From: Patescibacteria group bacterium
GTDB taxonomy: Bacteria; Patescibacteriota; Patescibacteriia; XYB2-FULL-38-15
DNA length: 64,000 bases
Reading direction: 5' to 3'
Assembly: GCA_041737355.1 (NCBI GenBank)
Contig: JBGSRW010000008.1
Span: 24,466-88,465 of the forward strand
Part shown: in pieces, positions 25,741 through 34,496 of the stretch
Layout of the letters: each line of letters starts with the position of its first letter
Position numbering within the stretch: position 1 is the stretch's first letter
Program-made: the position numbers and the translations under genes
The notes under the pieces: model-generated
The model's database searches: none
Told to the model about the DNA's origin: nothing
What the model saw: the letters and a program-made list of their open reading frames with translations, nothing else

Positions 25741-26808
25741 ATGCGAATGCCAAAGGGTAGAAGGCCGCACACTGTGCTTTGCGCTAACCGGCGAGCCGGC
25801 TGGCGCTTTGAACAATGGTCGGAGTTGGACCAGTGGAGCCTCGAGGCCGGCATCAGAACATATGCCCTATCAGAGATCGAAGAGCTCGATCCCGTCATCG
25901 CGAATTTCGATGACGAGACGCTGCTTCTCCTGATTTACGGCGGGGACGGAACCCTGCTTCAGATTATGAACAGCTTGCTCCGGCGCAAACGGCGCAAGGG
26001 CAAGCCAAAGCCGAAAATGCCGATCATTGTGCCCGTCGGAGGAGGCACGATGAAACGCCTGCCGCGCTGGGCGCTTTGGAACGGCACGCCGGCTGAAAAT
26101 GCCATGACAGCCCTTGAACTTTTCGAGGGCAAGCGTCTGCCGTACCTGCCTCTTCCCTTGCTAAAAGTGGAGTGGGGTGGGCAATGCTACTTCGCGGTCA
26201 CTCTCATGGCTGGAGCCTTGGTTCGTATCATGCAGGAGTACTCGCGTTTCAAGACAACGCCGGCAATTGCCGGACTTTTTTCCGCCGGAGCCTTGGCCGC
26301 CGCGGCCTTTGACAGGCCAAAGTTTTTCACCAGACTCTACGGGCAAATCCGGGCCAAGGTGACCTCCGACGGAGAGGTTCTCGGGACCGAACGGTTCATT
26401 GTCGTGATTCGTGACGTTCTCGAGGAATTGATTTTCTCGATCAAACCGTACAAGGGAATCTGCGCGCCGGGCCAGTCCTTCTCTCTGGCCTACGCCATCG
26501 ACTACCACGAGGTGGCGCGAAAGTTTCCTTGGATTGTTGCGGGAGCGGTTCCCGGCAACGACCCCCGGTATTTCAATCGGCCGGCAAGTTTAACCGTAAT
26601 CGAGCCGCACGAGGAGATTCCCTTTACGCTCGACGGCGAATACTTTACGGCCAAGCCGGGCGAGACCATCAAGGTTTCCCAGGGGCCGGAAGTAAGAGTT
26701 GCCGTTAACCCGTTCGTTCATCTGACTCTTCTGAAACGGTTTTTGAATCGCGGCAGAAGCTTGAAGGAGGTCGTGAGTTACATTTTTCCTACGCCGAGAA
26801 AGAACTAG
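25741..26808 (+). CDS. DAGK_cat/NAD-kinase-superfamily protein (GGDGT motif), GC-rich
   Basis: LLLLIYGGDGTLLQIMNSLL...MPIIVPVGGGT matches the diacylglycerol/lipid kinase catalytic-domain pattern. It has a strong SD, and its composition differs clearly from its neighbours. Confidence 0.65.
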   Translation: MRMPKGRRPHTVLCANRRAGWRFEQWSELDQWSLEAGIRTYALSEIEELDPVIANFDDETLLLLIYGGDGTLLQIMNSLLRRKRRKGKPKPKMPIIVPVGGGTMKRLPRWALWNGTPAENAMTALELFEGKRLPYLPLPLLKVEWGGQCYFAVTLMAGALVRIMQEYSRFKTTPAIAGLFSAGALAAAAFDRPKFFTRLYGQIRAKVTSDGEVLGTERFIVVIRDVLEELIFSIKPYKGICAPGQSFSLAYAIDYHEVARKFPWIVAGAVPGNDPRYFNRPASLTVIEPHEEIPFTLDGEYFTAKPGETIKVSQGPEVRVAVNPFVHLTLLKRFLNRGRSLKEVVSYIFPTPRKN

Positions 26809-26822
26809 GCGTGAGGCCGTAT

Positions 26823-26850
26823 AAGCGGATTTGAGGAATCCGCTTTTTTT
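26823..26850 (+). terminator. intrinsic terminator
   Basis: AAGCGGATT, loop TGAGG, AATCCGCTT, then TTTTT. Confidence 0.85.
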
Positions 26851-26871
26851 ATTCCTTGCTGTTGTTTTTTG

Positions 26872-26880
26872 TGCTATAAT
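26872..26880 (+). promoter_or_regulatory. extended -10 promoter (TGCTATAAT)
   Basis: An exact 9-mer 39 nt upstream of ATG 26919. Confidence 0.5.
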
Positions 26881-26918
26881 ATAAATGGATATCTTTATGG
26901 TGATATTATCCGATTTTT

Positions 26919-28322
26919 ATGATCACTATTGATTTTAGTTATTTTGAAACGCTTGGAGCCATGTCGCCCCTCGCGATAATGTGGAGGCTTTTTGCTGACG
27001 GAGGATGGGTAATTGTTTTGTGGGTTTTTGTAGGGGGGTTTTGGGCTATTTTTGTAAACTGGCGGCAGTCTCTTTACGGGGCTAAACGCCGTTTTGTTTA
27101 TTTAGCGGTTGATATTCCCAAAACGTCGGAGGACGAGCCCAGTCAATCTCCTCGTGCTGTAGAAAATATTTTTTCTCATCTAGACGGGGCACATGGCACG
27201 GATACTCTCTGGGAGAAGTACTGGGAGGGAAAGACTCAGGATATTTTTAGTTTGGAAATAGTCAGCATTGAAGGCTACATCCAATTTGTTATCCGCACCC
27301 GCGATAAATATCGCGATTTGGTTGAAGCGGCAATCTATGCGCAATATCCAAACGCGGAAATTACCGAGGTCGTTGACTACACCCAATTCGCGCCTAAAAA
27401 ATTTCCCGATCCGGAATGGGAACTTTTCGGTACCGAGTGGATCAACGTAAAACCCGAGGCTTATCCGCTCCGCACTTACCATGACTTTGAAGATCCGGCG
27501 ACCAAGGAATTCAAAGATCCTCTTGCCGCCATGCTTGAAACCATGTCAAAGATGGGCAAGGGTGAACAAATTTGGTTTCAGATAATTATTACGCCGATCA
27601 GTCAGAAAGAATGGAGTCAAAAGGGAGAAAAATTAGTAAAAAAATTAATCGGCTCCAAAGTCGAATCCAAAAAAACCTGGATGAACACGATTGTTGATTT
27701 GCCGGTTAAAGTTGCCGACACGGCCTTGAACCAGATTTTAAGCAGCGAGGAGGGGGTCAAGAAAAAAGAAGATAAAAAGGAAGCATCTTTGATGCAATAT
27801 CTTTCACCGGGTGATAAAATTATGGTGGAGGAAATTGAAAATAAGATTTCCAAGATTGGTTTTAAGACCAAGATAAGAATGATCTATCTTGCGAAGAAGG
27901 AAATTTTTAAAAAAACACGCGCCGCCCATCCGATGATTGGCGCAATGAAACAGCTCAACACTCTCGACGGCCAAAGCTTGAAACCGGAGTATAAGAAAGT
28001 CGGGACATCTGCTCATTATATCTTGGTTAATAAACGGGTTCAGTGGAAGCAAAACAAAATTTTAAGGGCTTATAAGGGGCGGAGCAACTGGCAGGGTCTG
28101 GGTAAGGGGTTTGTTTTGAATATCGAAGAGCTGGCGACCTTGTGGCACTTCCCGGCGGCCTGGATCAAGGCGCCGTCGGTTAAAACGGTTGAGAGTAAAC
28201 GCGGCGTGCCGCCGGTCAATCTTCCGCTTGAACAACCTAGTTTTATGAAACCGATGACTGAGGTAGAACAGGAGCCCAAGGGAAAACCGGAAGAAGTACC
28301 GCCAGAGCTGCCGGTTGTTTAA
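26919..28322 (+). CDS. membrane protein, partner of the downstream coupling-type ATPase
   Basis: 467 aa with two N-terminal TM segments and then a large soluble domain. It ends 9 nt before the ATPase gene. Confidence 0.65.
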   Translation: MITIDFSYFETLGAMSPLAIMWRLFADGGWVIVLWVFVGGFWAIFVNWRQSLYGAKRRFVYLAVDIPKTSEDEPSQSPRAVENIFSHLDGAHGTDTLWEKYWEGKTQDIFSLEIVSIEGYIQFVIRTRDKYRDLVEAAIYAQYPNAEITEVVDYTQFAPKKFPDPEWELFGTEWINVKPEAYPLRTYHDFEDPATKEFKDPLAAMLETMSKMGKGEQIWFQIIITPISQKEWSQKGEKLVKKLIGSKVESKKTWMNTIVDLPVKVADTALNQILSSEEGVKKKEDKKEASLMQYLSPGDKIMVEEIENKISKIGFKTKIRMIYLAKKEIFKKTRAAHPMIGAMKQLNTLDGQSLKPEYKKVGTSAHYILVNKRVQWKQNKILRAYKGRSNWQGLGKGFVLNIEELATLWHFPAAWIKAPSVKTVESKRGVPPVNLPLEQPSFMKPMTEVEQEPKGKPEEVPPELPVV

Positions 28323-28331
28323 AAATACAAT

Positions 28332-30329
28332 ATGAGTCATGAGGAAATAGCACTTTTTGCCGAAACAAATTTCCGCGGTGAGCGGAAGCGTTTCGGTATA
28401 AAGACCGACGACCGCCGCCGGCACGTTTATATTATTGGTAAAACCGGTATGGGAAAATCAACCATGCTGGAGAATTTTATTATTTCCGATATCAGAGCGG
28501 GGCACGGCGTCGGCGTGGTTGATCCGCACGGCGATTTGGCTGAGAAAATTTTGGATTTTATTCCTCCGAACAGGGTGAACGACGTGGTTTATTTTAATCC
28601 GGCAGATCTCGATTGGCCGATTGCTTTTAATATTTTGGAGTCAATCGACCCGAGATATAAGCATCTTGTCGCCTCCGGCATGATGGGAGTCTTCAAAAAA
28701 ATCTGGCCCGATGTCTGGTCGGCCAGAATGGAATATATTTTGAATAATACGATTCTCGCGCTTTTGGATTGTCCGGGGTCAACAATGCTCGGGATTAACA
28801 GAATGTTGGCTGACAAAGATTACCGGAAGAAAGTCATTCTTAAATTAAAAGATCCGGTGGTCAAAGCTTTTTGGGTTGATGAGTTTGCCAAATACAACGA
28901 GCGGTTTGCTACCGAAGCCATCGCTCCAATCCAAAATAAGGTTGGCCAATTCCTCTCGGCATCCATTGTCAGAAATATTGTCGGTCAGGTGAAGTCAACG
29001 ATTGACATGCGCGAGATCATGGATAACCAGAAAATTTTTATAATGAATCTTGCGAAAGGAAGAATTGGTGAAGATGCGAGCGCTCTGTTGGGTAATATGC
29101 TTGTTACAAGACTGCAGCTTGCGGCCATGGCACGGGTCGATGTTCCGGAACCGAAGAGAAAAGATTTCTATCTCTACGTTGATGAATTTCAAAATTTTGC
29201 CACTATAAGTTTTGCCAATATTTTATCTGAGGCGAGAAAATACCGCCTGAATCTTATTTTAGCCCATCAATATATTGAACAGCTGGCTGAAGAAGTCGCC
29301 GCTGCCGTTTTCGGAAACGTCGGCACGATTGCTTCTTTTAGGGTCGGGGCGGCCGACGCTGAAGTTTTGGAAAAAGAATTCTCCCCGACTTTCACGGCCG
29401 AAGACCTGGTAAACCTCACAAAATATGATATGTATTTAAAATTGATGATTGACGGCGTGTCTTCATCGCCGTTCTCTGCTATAGGCTTGCCTCCGGTAAT
29501 CGGTTCGACCGGCAACAGGGATAAAGTGATCAGGGTTTCCCGGGAGAGATACGCCAAACCCAAAGAAATTGTTGAAGAAAAAATTATCCGCTGGAGCGGG
29601 GTGCAGATTGCCGGGGAAGAAGAAAAATCAGACGAAGAGATTGAAGCGGAAATTAAAAAATCCATTGGAGAACAAAAAAAGACGGCAGGGGAATTAATGG
29701 AAAAAAGAACAGAAAAAGGAAGTCATGAAGTGTCCGGAGCCGAACTGGAGGCGCGGGCGATTACCGCCCGTGAGGCGATTCTTGAACGGAATAAAGTCCA
29801 AGCTGTTGATTTTCTAAGCCATTTGGAAGAAAAAAAAGAACCGGCCCCTCCGCAAATAATAGTTGAGCCTGCCCCCGTATTTATCCGTCCAACCAATAAA
29901 GTTGATATTAAGCTCGAGCTTAAAAATGAGGTGACTCCGCCAAAAGAGGAACCAAAAAGAGAACCGGCGCCAATCGTGGAAAAAGAAGTGAAGTCATCGC
30001 CGGTCCAAGTGCTTCCGAAAAAAATAGAAGAACCAAAAACTGCCGTCGTCGCACCGGCGGTTATTCCACAATCAAAAACAACGCAAGCGCCGGCCGCCGG
30101 GCAAAATAAGAAAACCCGCGAAGAACTTTTTCCTTACGAAATTAAATGTTCCGCCTGCGGCAAGCCGGACAGGGTTTCCTTCAACCCCGATCCCAACAGA
30201 CCGGTCTACTGTAAGGATTGTCTGAAAATAGAAAGAGAAAAAGAGAGGCTGGCCAAGAAGAATAAAAACGGACCGGGCGGACCGCCAAAAAAGACGGAAG
30301 AAAAATCAGTGGATAATATAAAAGTATAA
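28332..30329 (+). CDS. VirD4/TraG/TraD-like P-loop ATPase with a C-terminal CxxC-CxxC zinc ribbon
   Basis: Walker A (IIGKTGMGKST), Walker B (FYLYVDEFQNFAT), a long low-complexity linker and the terminal motif CSACGKPDRVSFNPDPNRPVYCKDC. Confidence 0.7.
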   Translation: MSHEEIALFAETNFRGERKRFGIKTDDRRRHVYIIGKTGMGKSTMLENFIISDIRAGHGVGVVDPHGDLAEKILDFIPPNRVNDVVYFNPADLDWPIAFNILESIDPRYKHLVASGMMGVFKKIWPDVWSARMEYILNNTILALLDCPGSTMLGINRMLADKDYRKKVILKLKDPVVKAFWVDEFAKYNERFATEAIAPIQNKVGQFLSASIVRNIVGQVKSTIDMREIMDNQKIFIMNLAKGRIGEDASALLGNMLVTRLQLAAMARVDVPEPKRKDFYLYVDEFQNFATISFANILSEARKYRLNLILAHQYIEQLAEEVAAAVFGNVGTIASFRVGAADAEVLEKEFSPTFTAEDLVNLTKYDMYLKLMIDGVSSSPFSAIGLPPVIGSTGNRDKVIRVSRERYAKPKEIVEEKIIRWSGVQIAGEEEKSDEEIEAEIKKSIGEQKKTAGELMEKRTEKGSHEVSGAELEARAITAREAILERNKVQAVDFLSHLEEKKEPAPPQIIVEPAPVFIRPTNKVDIKLELKNEVTPPKEEPKREPAPIVEKEVKSSPVQVLPKKIEEPKTAVVAPAVIPQSKTTQAPAAGQNKKTREELFPYEIKCSACGKPDRVSFNPDPNRPVYCKDCLKIEREKERLAKKNKNGPGGPPKKTEEKSVDNIKV

Positions 30330-30330
30330 A

Positions 30331-30356
30331 AACAAGCCCTTGAAGGGCTTGTTTTT
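30331..30356 (+). terminator. intrinsic terminator
   Basis: AACAAGCCC / GGGCTTGTT stem followed by a T-run. Confidence 0.85.
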
Positions 30357-30359
30357 ATG

Positions 30360-30368
30360 TGGTAGGAT
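30360..30368 (+). promoter_or_regulatory. extended -10 promoter (TGGTAGGAT), near-leaderless queH
   Basis: The TGnTAGGAT ends 8 nt before ATG 30377, and there is no SD. Confidence 0.4.
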
Positions 30369-30376
30369 AGGCTGAT

Positions 30377-30928
30377 ATGAATATCGGAAAACCAAAATTA
30401 TTGCTTCATGTTTGCTGCGGAGTTTGCGGATCGTGGGTTATAAAAAAACTTTCCCGCGATTTCGAAACCTGCCTTTATTTTTTTAATCCGAATATCCATC
30501 CCGAAGAAGAGTATAGGCGGAGGCTTGACGCGGTAAAAAGGGTAGCCGACGAAATTGGCGCGGAATTGGTTTTGGGGAAATACCAGCCCGACGGATGGCT
30601 TACCTTGGTGCGCGGCCGGGAAGCCGACCCGGAAGGCGGTGAGCGCTGCGAAATGTGTTTTGGCCTTCGCCTCGGCGAGGCGGCAAAATATGCCAAAGAA
30701 CACGGTTTTGAATATTTTGCCTCAACATTGACGGTCGGGAGAAATAAAAAGGCATCAGTGATAAATCCGCTGGGTGAAAAATGGGCAAAACAGTTCGGTC
30801 TCACGTTCTTGGCGGAAGATTTCAAAAAACGCGGCGGGCAGGAAAAGACGCACGAAGAATCGCACCGCCTTAATTTATACCGTCAAAATTATTGCGGCTG
30901 TCTCTACTCAATGAGAAAAGGTGCTTGA
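30377..30928 (+). CDS. queH: epoxyqueuosine reductase QueH (DUF208)
   Basis: LLLHVCCGVCGSW..., CEMCFGLRL and YCGCLYS are the conserved Cys pattern of DUF208/QueH. Confidence 0.8.
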   Translation: MNIGKPKLLLHVCCGVCGSWVIKKLSRDFETCLYFFNPNIHPEEEYRRRLDAVKRVADEIGAELVLGKYQPDGWLTLVRGREADPEGGERCEMCFGLRLGEAAKYAKEHGFEYFASTLTVGRNKKASVINPLGEKWAKQFGLTFLAEDFKKRGGQEKTHEESHRLNLYRQNYCGCLYSMRKGA

Positions 30929-30953
30929 CAAAATAAATTTTTTAATATAAAAC
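30925..30953 (+). promoter_or_regulatory. promoter of a small GC-enriched orphan gene
   Basis: TTGACA (30925-30930, overlapping the queH stop) in the context CTTGACAAAAT. The -10 is TATAAA or TAAAAC, 15-17 nt downstream. The SD GGAGGAGGGAG follows. Confidence 0.5.
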
Positions 30954-30971
30954 TCTTCGGAGGAGGGAGAA

Positions 30972-31271
30972 ATGTGGGACGAGGATATTACCGACGAAAA
31001 GTCGGTACGTTGGAAGGATTCCAAAAACGCCGAAATTTTCGGCAGCGATCAGGAACCGTTTCCAGTCGCAAGGGTGCGGGAAGATGAATGCGTTCCCGTC
31101 TGTACTTGCGCCGGCAGGGGCGGCAGTTTATTCAACGGCGGACATAGTCCGCGTTGTGAAATCCGGACGAAAAAAGTCGTGGGGACTTTCGTAACGGTTT
31201 TGATGAACGGCCGGCACCGGTCGTTTCCCGAGGAATTGTTTGAAGTCGCGCCCAGACCGTGGGGGAAATAG
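30972..31271 (+). CDS. orphan protein, 99 aa
   Basis: It has a strong SD, its own promoter and its own terminator. I recognised no family. Confidence 0.55.
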   Translation: MWDEDITDEKSVRWKDSKNAEIFGSDQEPFPVARVREDECVPVCTCAGRGGSLFNGGHSPRCEIRTKKVVGTFVTVLMNGRHRSFPEELFEVAPRPWGK

Positions 31272-31276
31272 TTTTC

Positions 31277-31305
31277 GCGATGGCTTAAGCGCCGTCGCTT
31301 TTTTT
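31277..31305 (+). terminator. intrinsic terminator
   Basis: GCGATGGC / GCCGTCGC stem (one G-U pair) followed by TTTTTTT. Confidence 0.75.
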
Positions 31306-31344
31306 ATTTACAAACAAAAGAATTTATTGTAAGATTAGATAAAT

Positions 31345-32406
31345 ATGAAAGAAAAAAAAGGAAAAGTAATAGTTGCTATGTCGGGCGGAGTTGATTCCTC
31401 GGTCGCGGCCGCACTTTTGAAAAAACAAGGGTTTGACGTTGTCGGAATTTTTATGCGGTTTTGGGCGGCGCCGGACGAGGAAGCTTCCGAAGCCACAAAC
31501 AAATGTTGTTCTCTGGAGGCATATAATGATGCGCGGCGGGTGGCGAATAAACTCGGCATTCCGCTTTATACGTTGAACATGAAAGTCCCGTTCAAGAAAT
31601 TGGTTGTCGATTATTTTTTAAAAGAATACCAGGCAGGCCGAACGCCGAATCCTTGTGTGGAATGCAATAGGTTTATAAAATTAGGCGAACTATTGCGCAA
31701 GGCAAAGGCGCTAGGCGCGGATTATGTTGCTACCGGACATTACGCAAAAGTCCGCGGCAAAAAATTGTTGAAAGGAAGAGACCGGGAAAAAGATCAGTCA
31801 TATTTTTTGTATACTTTGACGCAAGATAAACTGAAACATATTCTTTTTCCGGTAGGGGATTATGTGAAACCAAAAGTAAGGCAAATAGCAAAAAATTTCG
31901 GTTTGCCGGTCCACGCCAAAAAAGATAGCCAGGAAGTTTGCTTTGTCGGAGCGAGTTTAAAAAATTTCTTGAAAAAATATTTGAAGGTTAAGAGTGGAAA
32001 AATTTTGGAGACGGCAACTGGTAAAGTTCTTGGTGATCATGATGGACTTCCGTTTTACACAATCGGCCAGAGAAAAGGATTGAAGCTTGGCGGCGGGCCG
32101 TGGTATGTGGTTAGTATGGATAGGAAGCGGAACGCGCTTTTTGTTGGCCGTGACGAAAGGAAGCTGTTGGTAAAAGAACTAACAACTGGAAAAGTGAATT
32201 GGATCGCGGGCGGGGAGCCCAAGCTGCCGCTTCGCGTGAAAGTGAAAATTAGGTACAAACATAAAGAAGCGCCGTGCGTAATCAAAAAAATAAAAAATAA
32301 TTATAAAATAATTTTTAGCAAACCGCAGAGAGCCGTCACGCCCGGCCAGTCGGCTGTATTTTATCGCGGCGACGAGGTACTCGGCGGGGGAATTATAAAG
32401 GGTTAA
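31345..32406 (+). CDS. mnmA: tRNA 2-thiouridine(34) synthase MnmA
   Basis: It has the PP-loop VAMSGGVDSSVAA, CC...NPC.ECN motifs and a typical length of 353 aa. Confidence 0.9.
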   Translation: MKEKKGKVIVAMSGGVDSSVAAALLKKQGFDVVGIFMRFWAAPDEEASEATNKCCSLEAYNDARRVANKLGIPLYTLNMKVPFKKLVVDYFLKEYQAGRTPNPCVECNRFIKLGELLRKAKALGADYVATGHYAKVRGKKLLKGRDREKDQSYFLYTLTQDKLKHILFPVGDYVKPKVRQIAKNFGLPVHAKKDSQEVCFVGASLKNFLKKYLKVKSGKILETATGKVLGDHDGLPFYTIGQRKGLKLGGGPWYVVSMDRKRNALFVGRDERKLLVKELTTGKVNWIAGGEPKLPLRVKVKIRYKHKEAPCVIKKIKNNYKIIFSKPQRAVTPGQSAVFYRGDEVLGGGIIKG

Positions 32407-32486
32407 AACCCTGTGTTATCTGCGCTCGTTCGGAAATGGAATTAATATTTCATTTCCCTCGCTCGCTTGATAATAAAATAAAATCT

Positions 32487-34232
32487 ATGACAGCTTCAGA
32501 ACTTAGAAAAAAATATCTGGATTTTTTTAAAGAAAAGAAGCACTCCGTGCTGCCTTCGGCACCTTTGATTCCGGAAAACGATCCGACTGTTTTATTTACT
32601 ACCGCCGGTATGCATCCCTTGGTCCCGTTTTTACTCGGCGAAAAACATCCGGCAGGCAAACGTTTGGCGAGCGTGCAGAAATGCATTCGCACCGGCGATA
32701 TTGATGAGGTTGGAGACAATTGGCATTTAACCTTTTTTGAAATGCTTGGTAACTGGTCGCTTGGCGATTATTTTAAAGAAGAGGCAATTAAATGGAGTTG
32801 GGAGTTTTTAACCGATAAAAAATGGCTTGGGCTTGATCAGAAAAATTTGGCAGTTTCGGTTTTTGCCGGAGACGAAGACGCTCCTTTCGATAATGAAGCG
32901 TACGACCTTTGGCGCGATTTGGGTATTTCCGAAGGGAGAATCGCCAAATTGGGGAAGGAAGATAATTGGTGGGGACCGGCCGGAAAAACCGGGCCGTGCG
33001 GGCCGGATACGGAAATGTTTTATTGGGCAGGCGTTGGCGAAGCTCCGAAGAATTTTGATCCGCAAAATAAAAATTGGGTGGAGATATGGAACGATGTTTT
33101 TATGCAATACAACAAAACCGCCGAAGGAAAATACGAACCGCTGGCTCAGAAGAATATTGATACCGGGATGGGGCTTGAGCGGACAATCGCGGTTTTAGGA
33201 GGTAAAAAAAATATTTACGAAACTGAAATTTTAGCGCCGCTTGTGGCCGAAATTAGAAGAATGGCCGGAGGGGGCGGGGAAGAAAAATCAATCAGAATTC
33301 TTGCCGATCATGTCCGGGCGGCAACTTTTGTGCTTGGCGATCCGATCGGAGTCGTTCCATCAAATATCGGTCAGGGGTACATTTTGCGCCGGTTTATCCG
33401 CCGGGCAATCCGCCATGCCAAAAAACTCGGAATCGACACTAAAGAAAATGTAGCCGTGCCTTTAGCCGAGATAGTGATTGATCTTTACAAGGATGATTAT
33501 CCAGAATTGGCGGAGAAAAAAGATAAAATTTTAAATGAACTGCAGAAAGAAGAGGATAAATTTGATAAAACTCTGGAAAAAGGGCTTAAAGAATTCGAGA
33601 GGTTAGAAAAAATTACCGGCAAAGATGCCTTTAATCTTTTTACCACTTATGGTTTCCCCCTGGAGTTAACAACGGAATTAGCAAAAGATAAGGGCGTGCA
33701 AGTTGATGTTAAAGAGTTTGAAGAAGAATTTAAGAAGCATCAGGAACTTTCGCGTACCGCTTCGGCCGGACAATTCAAGGGAGGTCTGGCTGATTCGTCG
33801 GATGAAGTGAAACGGCTGCATACGGCAGCGCACTTAATGCTCGCGGCCTTGCGTAAAGTTTTAGGCGATCATGTGGAGCAGAGAGGCAGTAACATTACGG
33901 CCGAACGGCTGCGCTTTGATTTTTCCCATCCGCAAAAAATGACGCCGGAAGAAATTAAAAAAGTTGAAGATTTGGTCAATGAGCAAATAAAAAATAATGT
34001 CCCGATTGTTTGTGAAGTCACGACTGTCGATGAGGCCAAGAAAAAAGGCGCGATGGGAATTTTTGGAAATAAGTATGGCGAAAAAGTGAAGGTTTATTCG
34101 GCTGGAGATTTCAGCAAAGAAATCTGCGGCGGGCCGCATGCCAATAGTACCGGGGAGTTGGGGCAATTCAAAGTTATCAAGGAAGAGGCCTCAAGCGCCG
34201 GAATAAGGAGAATTAAAGCCATTTTGTCATAA
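32487..34232 (+). CDS. alaS: alanyl-tRNA synthetase, short form without the C-Ala domain
   Basis: MTASELRKKYLDFFKEKKHSVLPSAPLIPENDPTVLFTTAGMHP..., with the editing-domain motif HTAAHLMLAALR. It is 581 aa from ATG 32487. Confidence 0.9.
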   Translation: MTASELRKKYLDFFKEKKHSVLPSAPLIPENDPTVLFTTAGMHPLVPFLLGEKHPAGKRLASVQKCIRTGDIDEVGDNWHLTFFEMLGNWSLGDYFKEEAIKWSWEFLTDKKWLGLDQKNLAVSVFAGDEDAPFDNEAYDLWRDLGISEGRIAKLGKEDNWWGPAGKTGPCGPDTEMFYWAGVGEAPKNFDPQNKNWVEIWNDVFMQYNKTAEGKYEPLAQKNIDTGMGLERTIAVLGGKKNIYETEILAPLVAEIRRMAGGGGEEKSIRILADHVRAATFVLGDPIGVVPSNIGQGYILRRFIRRAIRHAKKLGIDTKENVAVPLAEIVIDLYKDDYPELAEKKDKILNELQKEEDKFDKTLEKGLKEFERLEKITGKDAFNLFTTYGFPLELTTELAKDKGVQVDVKEFEEEFKKHQELSRTASAGQFKGGLADSSDEVKRLHTAAHLMLAALRKVLGDHVEQRGSNITAERLRFDFSHPQKMTPEEIKKVEDLVNEQIKNNVPIVCEVTTVDEAKKKGAMGIFGNKYGEKVKVYSAGDFSKEICGGPHANSTGELGQFKVIKEEASSAGIRRIKAILS

Positions 34233-34281
34233 GGCGTTGGGGGAGTATTTGACATTAAATTGGATATCCACTAAAATAAGC

Positions 34282-34310
34282 TTGACACCTTTTAAGGGAG
34301 ATAATATAAT
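34282..34310 (+). promoter_or_regulatory. consensus promoter of the infA/ribosomal-protein block
   Basis: TTGACA (34282-34287), a 17-nt spacer, TATAAT (34305-34310). Confidence 0.75.
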
Positions 34311-34496
34311 AGTTTCAGCGGTAAAACAACTGAATTTTTTGGAACTGGGGACTCGAAAAGAGGATTCCGGGTTCTGCGGTTTTTGTTTTAGTTATCAAAG
34401 ATAAAGAGTATCAAACTCTGTGTTGACGGCGCTCGCCGTCCGCCTCAGGCGGATCTCGCTCGCTTGTCAATAAAATTAAAAAAAGCAAACCGCCTT

